Shown in pieces: positions 32,985 through 49,180 of a stretch of DNA of 64,000 bases. The translations under genes and the position numbers were made by a program. The DNA is from Eledone cirrhosa. Its lineage: Eukaryota. Position 1 is the stretch's first letter. Each line of letters starts with the position of its first letter. The notes beneath the pieces are model-generated. The model had not been told where the DNA came from. It did no database searches and was given only the letters and a program-made list of their open reading frames with translations. The DNA lies in assembly GCA_964016885.1 (NCBI GenBank), contig OZ024742.1:98704001-98768000 (forward strand). Reading direction: 5' to 3'.

Positions 32985-34625
32985 GTAGGAAAATTTTGCG
33001 AGATATCTTGGTTTAATTTTTTCGAAATGTTTTTAGTAAACTTTGAGGAAATTTGAGAAAAGATTTTGAAAATAATGCAGAAATTTGGGCAAGGAATTTT
33101 GGTTAAATGTTTTAGAAAGTATTTTCATAAAACTTTAAAGATAATTTTAAGGAAAATTTATTGCAAACATTTCAGAGAAACTTTGATGAAATTTTCCAGG
33201 GAAATATTTTAGATAACCTTTCTAAAAAGATTTGATAAAACTTTCGAGGAAATCTCGGAGAATAAATTCTCATCAGAGAAATTTTGATGAAATTTGAAAG
33301 GAAAATTTTTAAGAAACCTTCAGAGAATTTTGCGTTAAATTTTGGTTAAATGTTTTCTAAAACATTTGGATAAAACTACAACATTTTTGAGAAAACTTTT
33401 CAGAAATATTTTGATGTAATTTTCCAGGGTAATTTTTGAGAAAACTTTTCAGAAAAAAATTGATGAGACTATCGACGAAAATTCGAGAAAACGTTTCAGA
33501 AAATCTTTTATGAAAATTTTGCAAGAAGTTTCTCTGAATTTTTTCGAAAATAATTTAATTAAACATTGAAGAAAATATCGAAGAATGTTTTTGAAAAACT
33601 TTTCACTAAAATGTTGATGAAATTATTGACGAAAGTTTTTTTAGAAAATTTTTCAGAATAACTTGAAACTTTTGCGAGAAATTTTGGTGAAATATTTTGA
33701 TGAAATACTTCATAAATCTCTTGATAGATGTTTCATTTATATGTTATTTTAAATATTAAGATGATTAAAAAAGAAAATGCTTTGGAAACATTTTTAGGTA
33801 AACCTTTGATGAAATTGTCGATAAGATTTTAAAGAAATTTTGAAAGCTTTATTGAAAAATATTTTGTAACATTAATAACTTTTAGAGATATTTGTTGAAA
33901 TTCTTTAAAAAACTTTAGGCAATTTAACAAAAGTAAACTTAAATGAATCTTTGGAGAAAACATTATCAAATATACTTGAGAGAAGCTTTGGTGAAATTGT
34001 TTTGAAAGCATTTGGATAAAAGTTTAATGAAATTATTAGAAAATCTTTGATATAAAATGTGTGAAGGGTGGAATATATATTTGAAATATTTGGGAAAATA
34101 TTTGAGAAAATTTTGATTAAAATCTTAGAATGCTGAAAGTTTTACAAACTTTTGGCAAAATGTTATTAAAAAACTTTCTAGAAACATTTAGAAATGATTT
34201 TTTAAAAATTGCATAAATATTTGTGCTATATGTTTGTTAATCTTTTTTCGAAAATTTCGAGGAAAATGTTTGATAATATATTTCCGAAAAAACTTTATGA
34301 AAAATTTGCGAGAAATTTTGGTGAATTCTTTTCAGAAATGTTTTCTGAAAAATTTTCCTTGAAAATTACATCAAAATATTTCTAAAATTTTTCTCATTTA
34401 TTTTCCTTCAAAAATGTTATCAACATTTTCAGAAACGTTATCTCAAAAATTTATTTTCTTAAATTCGCTGTGTTATAAAGAATTTCAAAATGTATTCCCT
34501 CAAAATTATTAATAAAATGTTACAAAACTATTCTATATTTCTTTTTTAAATCATCTTTAACTTGTTTACTAATATCTAACTGAACCTTGTCAAGCATTTC
34601 ATCAAAATTTTCCAGAAAAATTCAC
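32985..34625. repeat. Degenerate A/T-tract satellite-like region (GAAAATTTT-type units) with an inverted distal part
   Basis: Recurrent GAAA(A)..TTT(T) motifs; 34333-34395 is the reverse complement of ~33388-33455. Confidence 0.65.
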
Positions 34626-34672
34626 CATACCGTATATCGTTACAAAATTAACAAACATATTTGTATACAGCT

Positions 34673-36355
34673 ATGTCGAAGCGATATCTGGAGGCTGTCG
34701 TGAGGCCAGCAGGCTTTGGTCCCGTCTTCAGAGGCCGGATCCCTGCAATGGACAGCAGCATCTGTTCGGTGGTTAAAGTAAATTGCCACCGTTCAGAACA
34801 CTTTCAAACGACTTTATCGGTCCGTCAAGGATGTCCTCCCTCCTCCCTTCTGGACCTATTGACTCTCGAGCCTTTACTCCAGAAGCTGGAGCAGATGCAG
34901 TGTATCCGGCTAGCAGCGGGAGGTGGAAGGACTCTGTTGACATATGTGCACGAAATGACCCTGATTGTGTTGAACACCTCTGAAATCATGGTCGTTGGCA
35001 CCTTCATAGAAGTATATGAAAGGTTGAAGGCAGCCAAATTGAAACAGGAAAAGTCAGTGTGTTTGTAGCTCAGCAGCTGGAGAAGCACATTCATGCCTAT
35101 CCACAGCGTCGTCGGACACTGTACAGACGGACTTGTGAAGTTGCGCGGAGTTTGATTCGGACAAACTTCCAAGTGGATAAGAACTGGGACAAACTAAGGA
35201 ACAGGATGGCCACTCTCACCCAGAAATGGACCGAGTGGAAGCTATCCCTGGTAGATCGGGTGGAAGTGGTGAACACATACATCGCGTCCGGTAATTACTA
35301 CCGCCTAATCTTCGTGCATTGCCCCGGTTCGAAACTCCTATTGCTGAGCGGTCTACATGCTGCCAGTACTCTCTACGTGTAGAACTCGGCGTGCCGTGGC
35401 TGGTGATGAGCAAATATTCGCTGAGGCTACGTCAAATTCAGTTATTCATATACAGTGAACAGGCCTTTACGTATCTCGTCTCTTTGGCTAAGAGGCAGTC
35501 CTGCATCAAAAAGAGACCGAGCCTAGGCACCTGTCATCTTGAATTATGCCAGACACTCACTGCCCTGTACCAGGTGGGCAATGCGGTCAGGGAAATTCTA
35601 TAGAGGATTAATGGGGGACTGGGCGCACTGCCGGTTTGAGATAAACTGTACAGACACGGAAGTGTGGTCAGACTGATCTCTACGAGATGCGCATAGAACG
35701 ACGCAACTGTTGTGCACGCATTCGTCCTGTTTCCGTGCATTACTGACTTGTGGTATTATGTTGAATAGGTGTTTTATCGCATGTGGAGGGGATCCGCCTA
35801 TCAACCGACTCCATAGTGACGATCGTCCCACCGCCATCTTTTTGCCGGGAAGGAAGGCAATTTTCTTATGCCCTGTAAGGATAGTGGAAGAGATTGGGTG
35901 GTGGACGAGCTTGATAGTGCTGACGACAAAACTTTTTCTCTTCAGCCAATCCCTCATCAACCTTTTCAAGTTTCCGTTGAAAAGGAAAGTGATAGTGGAG
36001 AATGAGGTGCTGTCTCCACTACATTTGCTAAATGGTGGGTGAATGTGTTGAGAATGGTCCCTGTGTATAGGCCTACTTTGATCATGTGCTAGTGGCTACC
36101 TGATTTGAAGAGAGGAGGAGTGATCTCTTCGGGTGACCTCGGAGCGTCATGTGGTTAAGCATTAGTGGTGCCCCTGAGTCACCACTAGGTGGTTATCCTT
36201 CCTATTGGGGAATTTGTATTGTTATTATTACGCTATTTATTGTTATTGTTTTTATATTGATTACACAATGTTTTTATAAAAACCCTATTGTCCCTGCCTA
36301 TTCATTGTCACCTATATGTCGGCCCTTGTGACCAATACAGAAATGATTATTATTA
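34673..36355 (+). mobile_element. 5'-truncated Tx1/L1-clade LINE
   Basis: RYLEAVVRPAGFGPVFRG, SVRQGCPPSSLL..LEPLL, KWTEWKLSLVDRVEVVNTYI, LGVPWL; same 3' end (GCCCTTGTGACCAATACAGAAATG(ATT)n) as 730-2613. Confidence 0.85.
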
Positions 36356-37449
36356 ATATTGTTATTATTATTATCCTTATTATCATCATCATTATTACCC
36401 TTATTCATGCAATTTGTGGAAGTTATCAATTGTGTTCACACAGCGAGGGTGTTGGGCGCAAAGTCAGGACGACATTCATACGACTTCATTTAAGATTGAA
36501 GGCTACCCGGTGTTCTGTAATATATGCTCCAATAAACATACAATTTTTAATGATTAATAGCTCTTAATCTCTATTCCTTTTATCACGAGTTCAAATCATA
36601 AAAGTGCTGATTTTATCACATGAAACTCGAATACAAACTGCTGCAATTTAGTGGATCGATTCCAGCAGCTAACTTCTTTTTTCATATAATAGATTCGCTG
36701 CACACATACGTATCTTGCCGGCAGAAATCAATATTATAATGCATTGCTTTGATACAAGAAAAGTTACAATGCAAATGTTTATTACTATAACATGAAATCT
36801 ATTGACAGCCAATCGAGAAAAATTAGACGCTTTATCATAAAAGAAATAGGGCATTTTAACAAACAGACGCACACGCAATGTTTAAGAAACAAACAATTAT
36901 AGATGCAATTGGAAACGTTAAGTAAAACCAAGTCAAAAAGAAAAAAAAAACATACAACAGGCACCTCTGTTCGCATCCGAAATCTTACACATTTAATGAA
37001 GAAAAGACATAAACTGAGAAATCAAACAGATCGAATTAAAATAAACAACACAAATACTTCTTACAACTTGTGTTTAGATAAACATTATACATTGTTATTT
37101 TGTAATTCTTACGTGAACCTGACAATTGCAAACACCATTCGAAGTATGCGATGTATTTAACAAAATAAAAATAAAAACTTAAATACATATCTCGCAAAAT
37201 ATCTGATATTTTCAGGATAAAAGGAAATGATAAATGAAAAACTGGAGAAGAACAATAACAACATACAGCATTTAAAAGATTTTAGACGGAAACCAAACAA
37301 AATAATGAATGATATAAATGAAATAATAGTTTAATATGAATTAAAAGAGAAAATATATTCTATTGATTGAAATTAAGTAAACAGGTTGTGATTGAATTAG
37401 AAACTGACAATGGAGCATCGCATGTTCAAATATAAAAACACACAAACCC

Positions 37450-37489
<40 letters not shown>

Positions 37490-38449
37490 AGTTTTATCTG
37501 TTAACATACAGCAGAATGGTTTACTGAGACCAATATGCATATTAGATATGTATATACAGATATATCACGTGTAAGCATGTAAACATGCCAGAGAAGTATT
37601 TTCCTGTAATTGTACTTCAAACTTATAGAAATCCGTGCCACATTTTTTGCATAAAACTGAAAGAAATTCCCAACATCAGTTAGATGCGAGTTACAAGGAG
37701 TCATAGCCAAACAATTCCCCATCTCCCATATATTTTGAAAATTACGAAACTTGTGAAACCGCTCTAAATAAGTATATATATTTAACTAACGCAATATGTA
37801 TGTATATAAATGTATACACTTACACATATATATATATATATATATATGCATATTTAGATTTTTTTCTAAGTACACATATATTTGGGAAATGAGTGACTCC
37901 TGTCATCCACACGTGAGTACTCATGCGCTAAAGCACATCGCACTTATATCGAAATCTTTCGGAGTTTGGCGCTTCAAAAGTCGGGCGTGTTCTTTCAGTT
38001 TTATGCAAAATAGTGCTCAAGTTTAAAGTATAATTTGCTGGGTGAGGATGACCACGTGATTAGGCAACGTATTTGGTGGTACTTCAACGTCAATACAACG
38101 GGTGTGAGGCGTTTTAGTGAATATGGATAGTAGTAATGCAAGCTTATTCCTCGTGTGTTCAATAGTCAAGGTAAGTTGCTGTTGTTTTTTTAGCAATCCT
38201 AAAATTCAAATGTACGGGAATGTTTTCTGTATGCGTGTGTTAGTGTGTGTGTGTAGAAGTGTGTATGTGTGCGTATGTGTGGGTGGTGTGTGTGTGTGTG
38301 TGTTTATGCATCTACCTATTTCATCAGAATAGCAATAACATAACAAGTATAGTAATAACAATAATCATTATTATTACCATTACCGTCATTATCATAATGA
38401 CAACTATATTGGTATTGAACCAATCTGCAAAATGAACAAGAATGGTAAG

Positions 38450-38544
<95 letters not shown>

Positions 38545-39169
38545 ATGTCCGTTGCTTAGTTATTGTTCAGTACTAATATATGTTCTATATTTTTAATAAA
38601 TATATTATACTATATTTATTCTTGTGTTTGGGGTGTGTCTCTATCCTTGTGGCAATAGAGTTTCATAATACGGCCCTAATTTGTGGTTTATGTCGTACTG
38701 TAGGCTCATCTGGATGTTACAGGGCTAGTTGAGAGACAATTTTATGAAATATTTAACATGAAGGTTTAGGCCAAAACAAATATTTCATTTGTAAATATAC
38801 ATTGAAATTCTTAGACAATAAATATGATATAAAATATTGTTATACTTTAATTTTTTTGTAATTATAAAAATATCAAATATTGTGACATTTTGTTCGGGTT
38901 GTTGGAGTAACAATGTCGATATAAGATAGAATCTATCAGATAACAGTGTCTGTGATAAAGATATATTCGGTATATATTAAACGAATAGTGAATCTTAAGT
39001 GGCATATTGTGTGGGTATAGTACTCAGCTACATGCACTTTGATTTAAGGAGCAGCTTGTCATGTTTATTGATTAACTGGATGATTCATCGCCAAAACAAT
39101 GTAGGTCTTTTCCATGGTAAGCGGCAAAAATAATAATGAGAAGAACATATATATATATATATATATATA

Positions 39170-40166
39170 TGCTACATAGATGCCACGGCTGGAGAGTTAA
39201 AAAAAGATGGTACATTCACAGACACTCCATGAAGAACCGTAGACTGGAGAACTCTACAACGCTCGCCAATAAAATATGGCAGCTTAAAAATACAAACCAG
39301 GAATATAGGATTAGCTGGTCAAAATTATCGGGAGCAAGGGCCTACACAATGGAATGTCCCACTGCAGACTTTGCAATATGGAGCTATTCCATATTTTAAG
39401 GTACGATATGCTACTTAACAGGAAAATAGAAAGATCAATTTTCTGTAGGCACAAAATAGCTACCAAGTTCACAAATTTCAAACCACCGTGATTCGACCCA
39501 TCAATCCCCTGGATTTTAACGTACGGAATACATACTATCACACCACTACTAGCTGTCAAACACCCGTCTGGTCACTAAATCATAAATATCTTAACTTCTC
39601 CTTCACCCCTCTCCCTAAAACCACATCAATCCTATTAAGACAAGACAATCAGCAAAACATTTACCACACACTTTCTCAAAAACCCACCCTTCACCACCCT
39701 TAGCCCTTGGGTCTCATACTAGTATCTCCCACTTAATTTCTAATTTATTGCTTTTTCTTTTATCTGTTAATACCTCAGATTCTCTACTCGTATCTATGTA
39801 TGTTTCGAATATGACTCTTCGTGTTAGCACTACATCCACCACAGCATCCTTATACAGACACCTACTCACCAGCACTATCATATTCTGTACTTATATAGTC
39901 TCACTTATCTTTATTTCTTTATATTTTTATTATTTTTCCATTTTCTTACTTTTTTATTGTATCTTTTCTCTTACTTTTTACTTTTTACGTCTGTAACATC
40001 TTTACCTATTTATCATATATTTTATTATTGCTGTTATTGTTTTAATTCTACGCTATTTCTCTATATATACCATGACATGCATAAATTATTTGTATTCTGA
40101 GGATTTGATCGGTGGTAAGTAATGAATTTGAGACCGAGTGATGCAACCATGTCACTCTTCAATCTT

Positions 40167-40170
<4 letters not shown>
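39170..40170 (+). mobile_element. PLE 3' fragment (GIY-YIG C-terminal half plus pyrimidine-rich pLTR), TA-flanked
   Basis: KKRWYIHRHS..STTLANKIWQLK..ISWS..ARAY..CRLCNMEL..LLNRKIE..CRHK; same type as 57150-57812. Confidence 0.75.
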
Positions 40171-40218
<48 letters not shown>

Positions 40219-40221
40219 CGC

Positions 40222-40287
<66 letters not shown>

Positions 40288-40289
40288 CT

Positions 40290-40907
40290 ATTATGTCAGG
40301 TCATCAGTTGGTGCTACTGGTAACATGTATCCCAATACAACCTGTCTCATGGTCGGGTCGTTGGCGACTAAACTAGCAACCCCACCAAGGTTTCTTAGTG
40401 AGGAGGGTGACTTTGGACATCCTGCAGGACTAAAAACAAAACCTGTCAAAGGGCAAAGGAGCTCTTAAGTGTCAATGGCCATCCAAAATCACCGGGAGAG
40501 ATGACCCCTTAGCCTTTGTCAAGGCAGAATTCTAGGAGAAGGAAAACTCTGATATAACACCTGCAACCCTGATGGTATCCAATGATGTGGCTTGTTCTTC
40601 TTTTTGGTAAATATCATCTTGGTTAAGAGAGTGGGACTGGCTTTGTGCAGTGCCTTTGCTCACTATAGAAGCTTCACAGCACAGGCATTGCTTTATATCT
40701 GGAGATCTCTCTGCACTTGTCGTCACATGGTACCAGGGGCCCAGCACTATGTGTCAATAATTGTCCCAAGTGTAGTGTTTGTACCAGAGCTTTCAAGTCG
40801 CTGGCTTGACTAAAAAGCCACACTCGTTCAGCGCATCGGTATGGGTTCTCCTACCTGGATATAATGTAGTGGCCGTACTCGAAAACGAGTTGGCAGCCAC
40901 CATTATG
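40290..40907 (+). mobile_element. Short internally deleted RTE derivative (5' UTR joined to 3' end)
   Basis: 5' motifs GTTGGTGCTACTGGT, GTCAATGGCCATC and CTAGGAGAAGGAAAACTCTGA resemble RTE 5' UTRs (from recall); the 3' part encodes a frameshifted C2H2-like CSVCTRAFKS.AGL.KSHTRSAH followed by a short hairpin UTR. Confidence 0.6.
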
Positions 40908-40963
<56 letters not shown>

Positions 40964-41084
40964 TCGGAGGAGGTAAATGGCTGTAGATCAAGAGTTTGTT
41001 GAGACTATATGCGACTGTATGGGTTATTACAATGGTTAACACGTATGAAAAGTGCTTCCTAAATTTGAAAATGAAACTTTATAA

Positions 41085-41292
41085 TTGGCAGAATCATTAG
41101 AGCGTTGGCCTAAATTCTTTGGGGTTTTTTTGTTACAATGTTTTCTGTTCGAAATTCAAATTCTTCTGAGGTCAATTTTAATTTTAATCCTTTCGATGCC
41201 AATAAAATAAATTCTATTCAAGTACTGAGTCCGATATAATTTCCTCTCTCCCTCAAAATCCCCAGCGTTGTGTTTTAATTAGAACTAATAAT
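41085..41292 (+). mobile_element. Diverged SINE family 1
   Basis: TTGGCAGAATCATTAGAG..TTCAAATTCTTCTGAGGTCAATTTT..ATCCTTTCG..AATAAAATAA. Confidence 0.6.
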
Positions 41293-42004
41293 TAGTGGAT
41301 ATTAGATTTGACATGCATATTTTCAACATTGGGAAACTTAACAATTATATTTTTGTTAGTAACGTTAGAGAAAACGAATTAAGTGGTTATTACATGTTTA
41401 ATTGTGAGATATTATATAATATCTATAAAATCTTTTATTGACTGTGAAATAATTTTTGTTGAAAATATATATTTAAAGAACCATAGACAATAATTAATAT
41501 AATGAAAAATGCCATTCTTTCTTTTCAAAAATGTCTCACAATATACATTATTGCGCAAAAAAAATTTAATTTAAATTGAATTAATTGTAGAACATATAAA
41601 TGTCACAAAAAATTATAATTCTATTGAATTCAAAAGTGAAAGAGTTTTTTCTCATATAAAGGGAATATTCAGAAATTAATAAATGTTAGACTAACATAAG
41701 CCAGGGGCGACAAGTGTATAAAAAAAATGTTTTCGCTGCTTTTTAAGTTGTATGTACATACATTCTGAGAAACAATAAATGAGAAGTGATAGAATTTGTC
41801 AATTTTATCGAATAGAAGACACTAACATAAATTTCATTTACATTGTTTTGAACAATTTGAAATAGATGGAGCAATTCAAGTTTACGAGTAATGGAAGGCA
41901 TAAGGCTGAATTGTGTGCAAGAATTGCAGGAGCTGGTGCACCAGCTTCAGCATTCAGTAATCAGTAAGAAGGTAGGTTTAAAATCCAAACTTGCTATCTT
42001 CAAT

Positions 42005-42390
42005 TCTCTATTTGTGCCAACCCGCCCGTCTGGTCATGAATCTTGAGTAATGACCGAAACAATACGATTGCGAATAAAAACGGCCGAAATGGGGGTTCCT
42101 TCGATGGGTATTTGGGTATACTTCTCAAAATTGAGAGATCGCATCTCTGATATACGATTAAAATGTCTTAGGACAGAATCCTAAACAGATTTTACGGGCG
42201 AAACGAAGCGGCAGAAGACTCAGGCTAGAACCCGAGCGAGATCGTTGGATAATATCCATGAACGCAGCGGTTCTTTTTTGAAGATCCAGCCGGGTCAGTC
42301 GAAAAGGGGTTGCCTCTGACAATACTCACTGGATGGAGTGTCTGCGGTCACTGCCTCCACACCCTTCTCAAGAAGAAGAAGAAGAAGAAA
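42005..42390 (+). mobile_element. RTE LINE 3' end with (GAA)n tail, same family as 14972-15500
   Basis: FVPT..GHES*VMTETIRLRIKTAEMG; ends CCCTTCTCAA(GAA)n. Confidence 0.75.
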
Positions 42391-42803
42391 TAATGTCTCT
42401 ATAAATCCGGGGAAAGGAAAAGGAGTATTAGATTTTTAAAATTGTTACTATTAAAATAAATAAATACCTTATGAGCTTTACATGAAGATTAACACGATAT
42501 ACTAATTGCATTGCGGTTAACATTGATGATAACATAGAAGAATGATAATGTAATATGTGTTCGCATTCAATATAAATAATCCTTCATCAGGGATACATCG
42601 TTTACAAAACGCAACACCTGGGCGAAAATAAGCGAGTGCTGACGAAATGTAACGAAAATGAAACACAAGTATCAGCTACTTGTATTCTAACGTTAAGATT
42701 CCTGAGACATAGTCAACGCTTACAATACACTTGGCAAAACTAAAAGTACGCTTATTATACATAATCATATTGTAGATGGTTTCATATATGCTTTTGTGAA
42801 TTT

Positions 42804-43075
42804 GCATGGTTTAGTGGTCAGATTATTTGACTCACGATCGTACAGTCAGATGTTCGAAACCTGGTAACTCGATATGACTATTTCAGGTATCTCTAATCTA
42901 CTCAGCTGAAAGATCTTCTACCATTAATTCAGAGCCCCATCCTTGTCAGTAAATGTTTGATGCTGAATCTCTGAGAAGTACATTATGGGTGCACATATCT
43001 GTGGAATCGTAAGCCTCCTGCACGTCATTTGCTCAAACAACTGCTATATTCATTGTCGTAAATACGGAGGTCCAA
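42804..43075 (+). mobile_element. tRNA-derived SINE, family 2
   Basis: A-box TGGTTTAGTGG, B-box GTTCGAAAC, body GCTGAATCTCTGAGAA..GCACATATCTGTGGA..TGCACGT. Confidence 0.65.
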
Positions 43076-43262
43076 CACACATACGCGTTATTCTGAAACA
43101 CACGGTTTTAGTATTTCTGTACGCGTGGTGAATGCCGATAGAAATGTGATTAATTGATTTAATTAATAGCAATAGTCTTGCATGAACAGTCAACCAAATT
43201 AAAATATAAGTTACTGAAAATAGTGTCTTATGTCTAATGATTTCTGAAAACTAATGAAAATA

Positions 43263-43532
43263 TTGGACGCTCCGTCGGTTTCAATAATGAGCATTCAGAC
43301 ATTCAAGAAACTGAACGTCCAGCTCGGGATTTAATGTGGAAGTGGTTGAGTATTCCACAAATGTGTACACATTTTACGTAATTTCTAGCTGAATAATTGA
43401 CAGTATATAACAAGACATCTCATTTCAATGGCTTATTAAAAACGCATGATTCGACCCAGAGTAGTATTAATAGACACTTGGCTATAGACCGGGATTTGAT
43501 TGCAAGGCGAACTTCTTATCCATTCGCCTATG
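43263..43532 (-). mobile_element. Diverged SINE family 2
   Basis: CTCCGTCGGTT..AAGTGGTTGAGTATTCCACA..GTGTAC is the reverse complement of the family-2 body. Confidence 0.55.
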
Positions 43533-44199
43533 ATGCGTCCATGCACTCATATCATAATATCCATAGCCCAATGTTTCAGTTTTAAGAAATGCAATCTTTA
43601 ACGTTGAGATAATAAGGGGTAATAAGAAATGCTGGAATAAAGAATACAGAAAATATAGAGAAATCAAAGAAGTAGAAATAAGTACATATAAAATACAAAA
43701 CATATATAAATTAGAAATAGAGAGAAATATATCGATATAGCGCAACGAAATAATTAGATTTGTGTTAAATTTATACAACTAAATAAATACGTAAATAAGA
43801 GGTGATAAATAACTATTTCTGCATAAAGAAAATCTCGGGGCAAAAATAAACGTTAAAAGATACAATGTTTAATAATAACCTGAAGTTTAGGGGTAGAATA
43901 ATTAAATGAGTAGGATAATATAGAGACAAAAATTTGACATAGGCTTTTTAAATTAGATTAATGAAGTAAAAGGTGAAACAGTGAACACATTCAAAATCTA
44001 GGTTAATACAATATTGTTGATAATTTTCTCTCGGGTATTTTTAGAAACAAGCGATGTTACATAATTTGAAAATGCAAGAGCTGTTATTGAAAATATATTA
44101 TAAGTTTCTGTATGAATTAACTTGATATTGAAAGAATTTAATCTCTATTCTGATGAATAATGAAGAACTAATATGAGAATGCAGAGATTATTATTACTA

Positions 44200-46420
<2,221 letters not shown>

Positions 46421-47066
46421 AAATTTTCAGTATAAACTTTTCAGATATAATTTATATAAATGTCTCAGAATATTGTAAATAAAAAAAATGTATGTTTCAT
46501 ATGAGGTATAAAACATGTTTCAAGCTGTACATTTTAAATATTTAATTTCATAATATATTATTTTCATTATTTACATAAGAAGCGGCTACGTCAGTCGATA
46601 GGGTACGCATCATAAAATCATTGGGTCACATTTTTAAACGCATTGTTCGGCGGATATAGATTTATAAGCAGCTAATTGGCAAAATGTGAACATGCATTAA
46701 GGGACTTGTTCCAACTCACGATGTTTTGAGTTCAAACATTACTGGAGACTTCATAGGGGATTACCTTAATCAAGCGCACGGTTTAATGGCATCGGCTTGT
46801 GTGAATTAGGGGTGTTCAATTTTGAAATCCTTCAGGATTGGTCCCCGGTTCCAGAAAAAAGTACCTCCATCCCTCGCAATCATCCTGGAGACATCAAACA
46901 GAATAACGGTCATTACCTCTTGATTAAAAAAAAAGAGAAACAATGCACACAATAACTAAAGAAGCGTCAAATATTTATTATTCGAAATGGAGTGTTTTGC
47001 TGTTTAACAAATAGTAGCTTTCCCAAATTGTTTTCAAACAGTAGAAGTTTATAATATATGTGTATG

Positions 47067-47161
<95 letters not shown>

Positions 47162-47784
47162 ATATACATACAAACACACACACACATACATATATACATA
47201 TATATGTGTGTGTACCAGTGTTTGTGTGCCCATGTATGTACGTTATACAGACACTTACACATACTCTATCACACACACACACACATATATATATGTATAT
47301 ATATATATATATATATTTATATGCATACATATTGTTATATCCATATATATATGAGGAATTTACGTCTGGAGTAAAAATATTCATAAAGGAAAGAAAATGA
47401 CAACTTATCATAAACCGGTGTAAGTCTTTATGTAATATGCGGCAAGAAATAGAAAGACAGATATATTAAGTATATGGTAAGACGAAAGAAAAGAAATAAC
47501 TTGAATATATGATGTATAAATGGGTGGTGAATTGGCAATGTCGTTAGATCGTCAGAGATAATTTTTAGAGGTATTCTTCCGGTTCTCTGCGTGCTCAAAT
47601 TTCAAATCCTGCTGCGTTAAACTTTGAATTTCATCATTCCAAGTCGATAATAAAAGTATCAGTCCAGTAGTGTGGTAGATGTGTCCCTATATATCTTTCT
47701 CACTTCCTTATTTCCCTTGAAGAAATTGTAAAGGCACATAACAACGTCGGCAGTTACGTGTCTTAACGTACTTATATAATGTAT

Positions 47785-48222
47785 ACTCGATCTGAAAAAT
47801 GCGCAAGCTCAAAAGAGTCACAGAATGTTATAATAAACCTTCAAAAGTGTTGGACTAGAGTTGTTGCTAAAAAATATTGTAATCATTATCTATCGTACAC
47901 TCTGTGGCGTGCTTTTATAAAAAAGAGACTCGTAACGAACTCAAGACGACACGATGATTATTTAAGCTAATGTTCAATATCTCATACCAGATGTTTAATA
48001 ATGATTAATACGAAATGCTCTTAAACCGAATTCTATATTATAAATTTACTTAAATAAATATCGTGTCGTCTTGAATTCGTTATGAGTCTCCTTTTTATAA
48101 AAGGATGCCACAGAGTGTACGATAGATAATAATTACAATATTTTTGAGCAACAACTCTAGACCCACACTTTTAAAGGTTTATTATGTGGCTCTTTTGAGC
48201 TTGCGCATTTTTCAGGTCTAGT
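47785..48222. mobile_element. MITE/foldback element with ~175-bp inverted arms
   Basis: 47785-47967 is inverted relative to 48049-48222 (e.g. TGAAAAATGCGCAAGCTCAAAAGAG / CTCTTTTGAGCTTGCGCATTTTTCA); ~80-bp AT-rich spacer. Confidence 0.85.
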
Positions 48223-48496
48223 TTAATATTTTTTTAAGCAACGCTTGTATTAACACTAGTTAAACATGATATATATTAATAATACATTATCGTTGTATGT
48301 AATTTGATTATATAATTGTTATTTTATAAATGATCTTATAAACATTATTGTAAGATGTATAAAAATATTTTCAGACTTTTAATATAAACAACTACAAAAA
48401 AACAATCAATATTAAATAAATATATTTTACATAATAATTGTTATAGTTGAATTAATATAAATACAATATTACGTACAAATAGTCTAACATAATAAT

Positions 48497-48613
48497 AACA
48501 AAAATAATATAACATAATTATAATAAAATAATCTAACATAATTATAATAAAATAATCTAACATAATTATAATAAAATAATCTAACATAATTATAATAAAA
48601 TAATCTAACATAA
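48497..48613. repeat. 24-bp tandem repeat (TAATAAAATAATCTAACATAATTA), ~4-5 copies
   Basis: Copies start at 48521, 48545, 48569, 48593. Confidence 0.9.
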
Positions 48614-49180
48614 AACGAACAATAATATGGAAAAATATACAAGTAAATATGGTGCAACCAATATTATAAGCATGTTATAACGAACTGAAAAAAAAATAGT
48701 TAATATAAATTTAAAAAATCATATATAAATTAACAATATAACTTACCAAAAGGAGAAAAATATTTTGATGTTAAACGACGAAATACAGGAGGAAGATTCG
48801 AAAGCGAAACGATATATAAACGTGCAAACAAAGTGACAGATGCTTTTGAGCAACAATTACGTTGAACACAGTAGACGTTTTGAACACAGAAAAATGGTTT
48901 TATACTTTCTGCAGCTAGTTGTTCATTCAAAGATACAACACACTCAATACAACATTGCACAAGTTATGTTTCGCTTCCGATATCTTTCAGAATATTTAAA
49001 GCGTAGACAACAAGCTAGATTAAAACTCGATGAATAAATAATAATATTTTAGTTTTATTTTTACTTTTCACATTTATTTTGATTAAAACTAAATATGTTA
49101 TAATCAGTTCGAGAAGAAATTTTAAAACAAAATTCTATGTCTATTTTTGAGTAGATTAGATGTCCGCTTAGGTACAGGAT

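Noticed and set aside
48730-49037. Short ORFs suggestive of a transposase C-terminus
   Set aside because: No recognisable catalytic motif; multiple stops.
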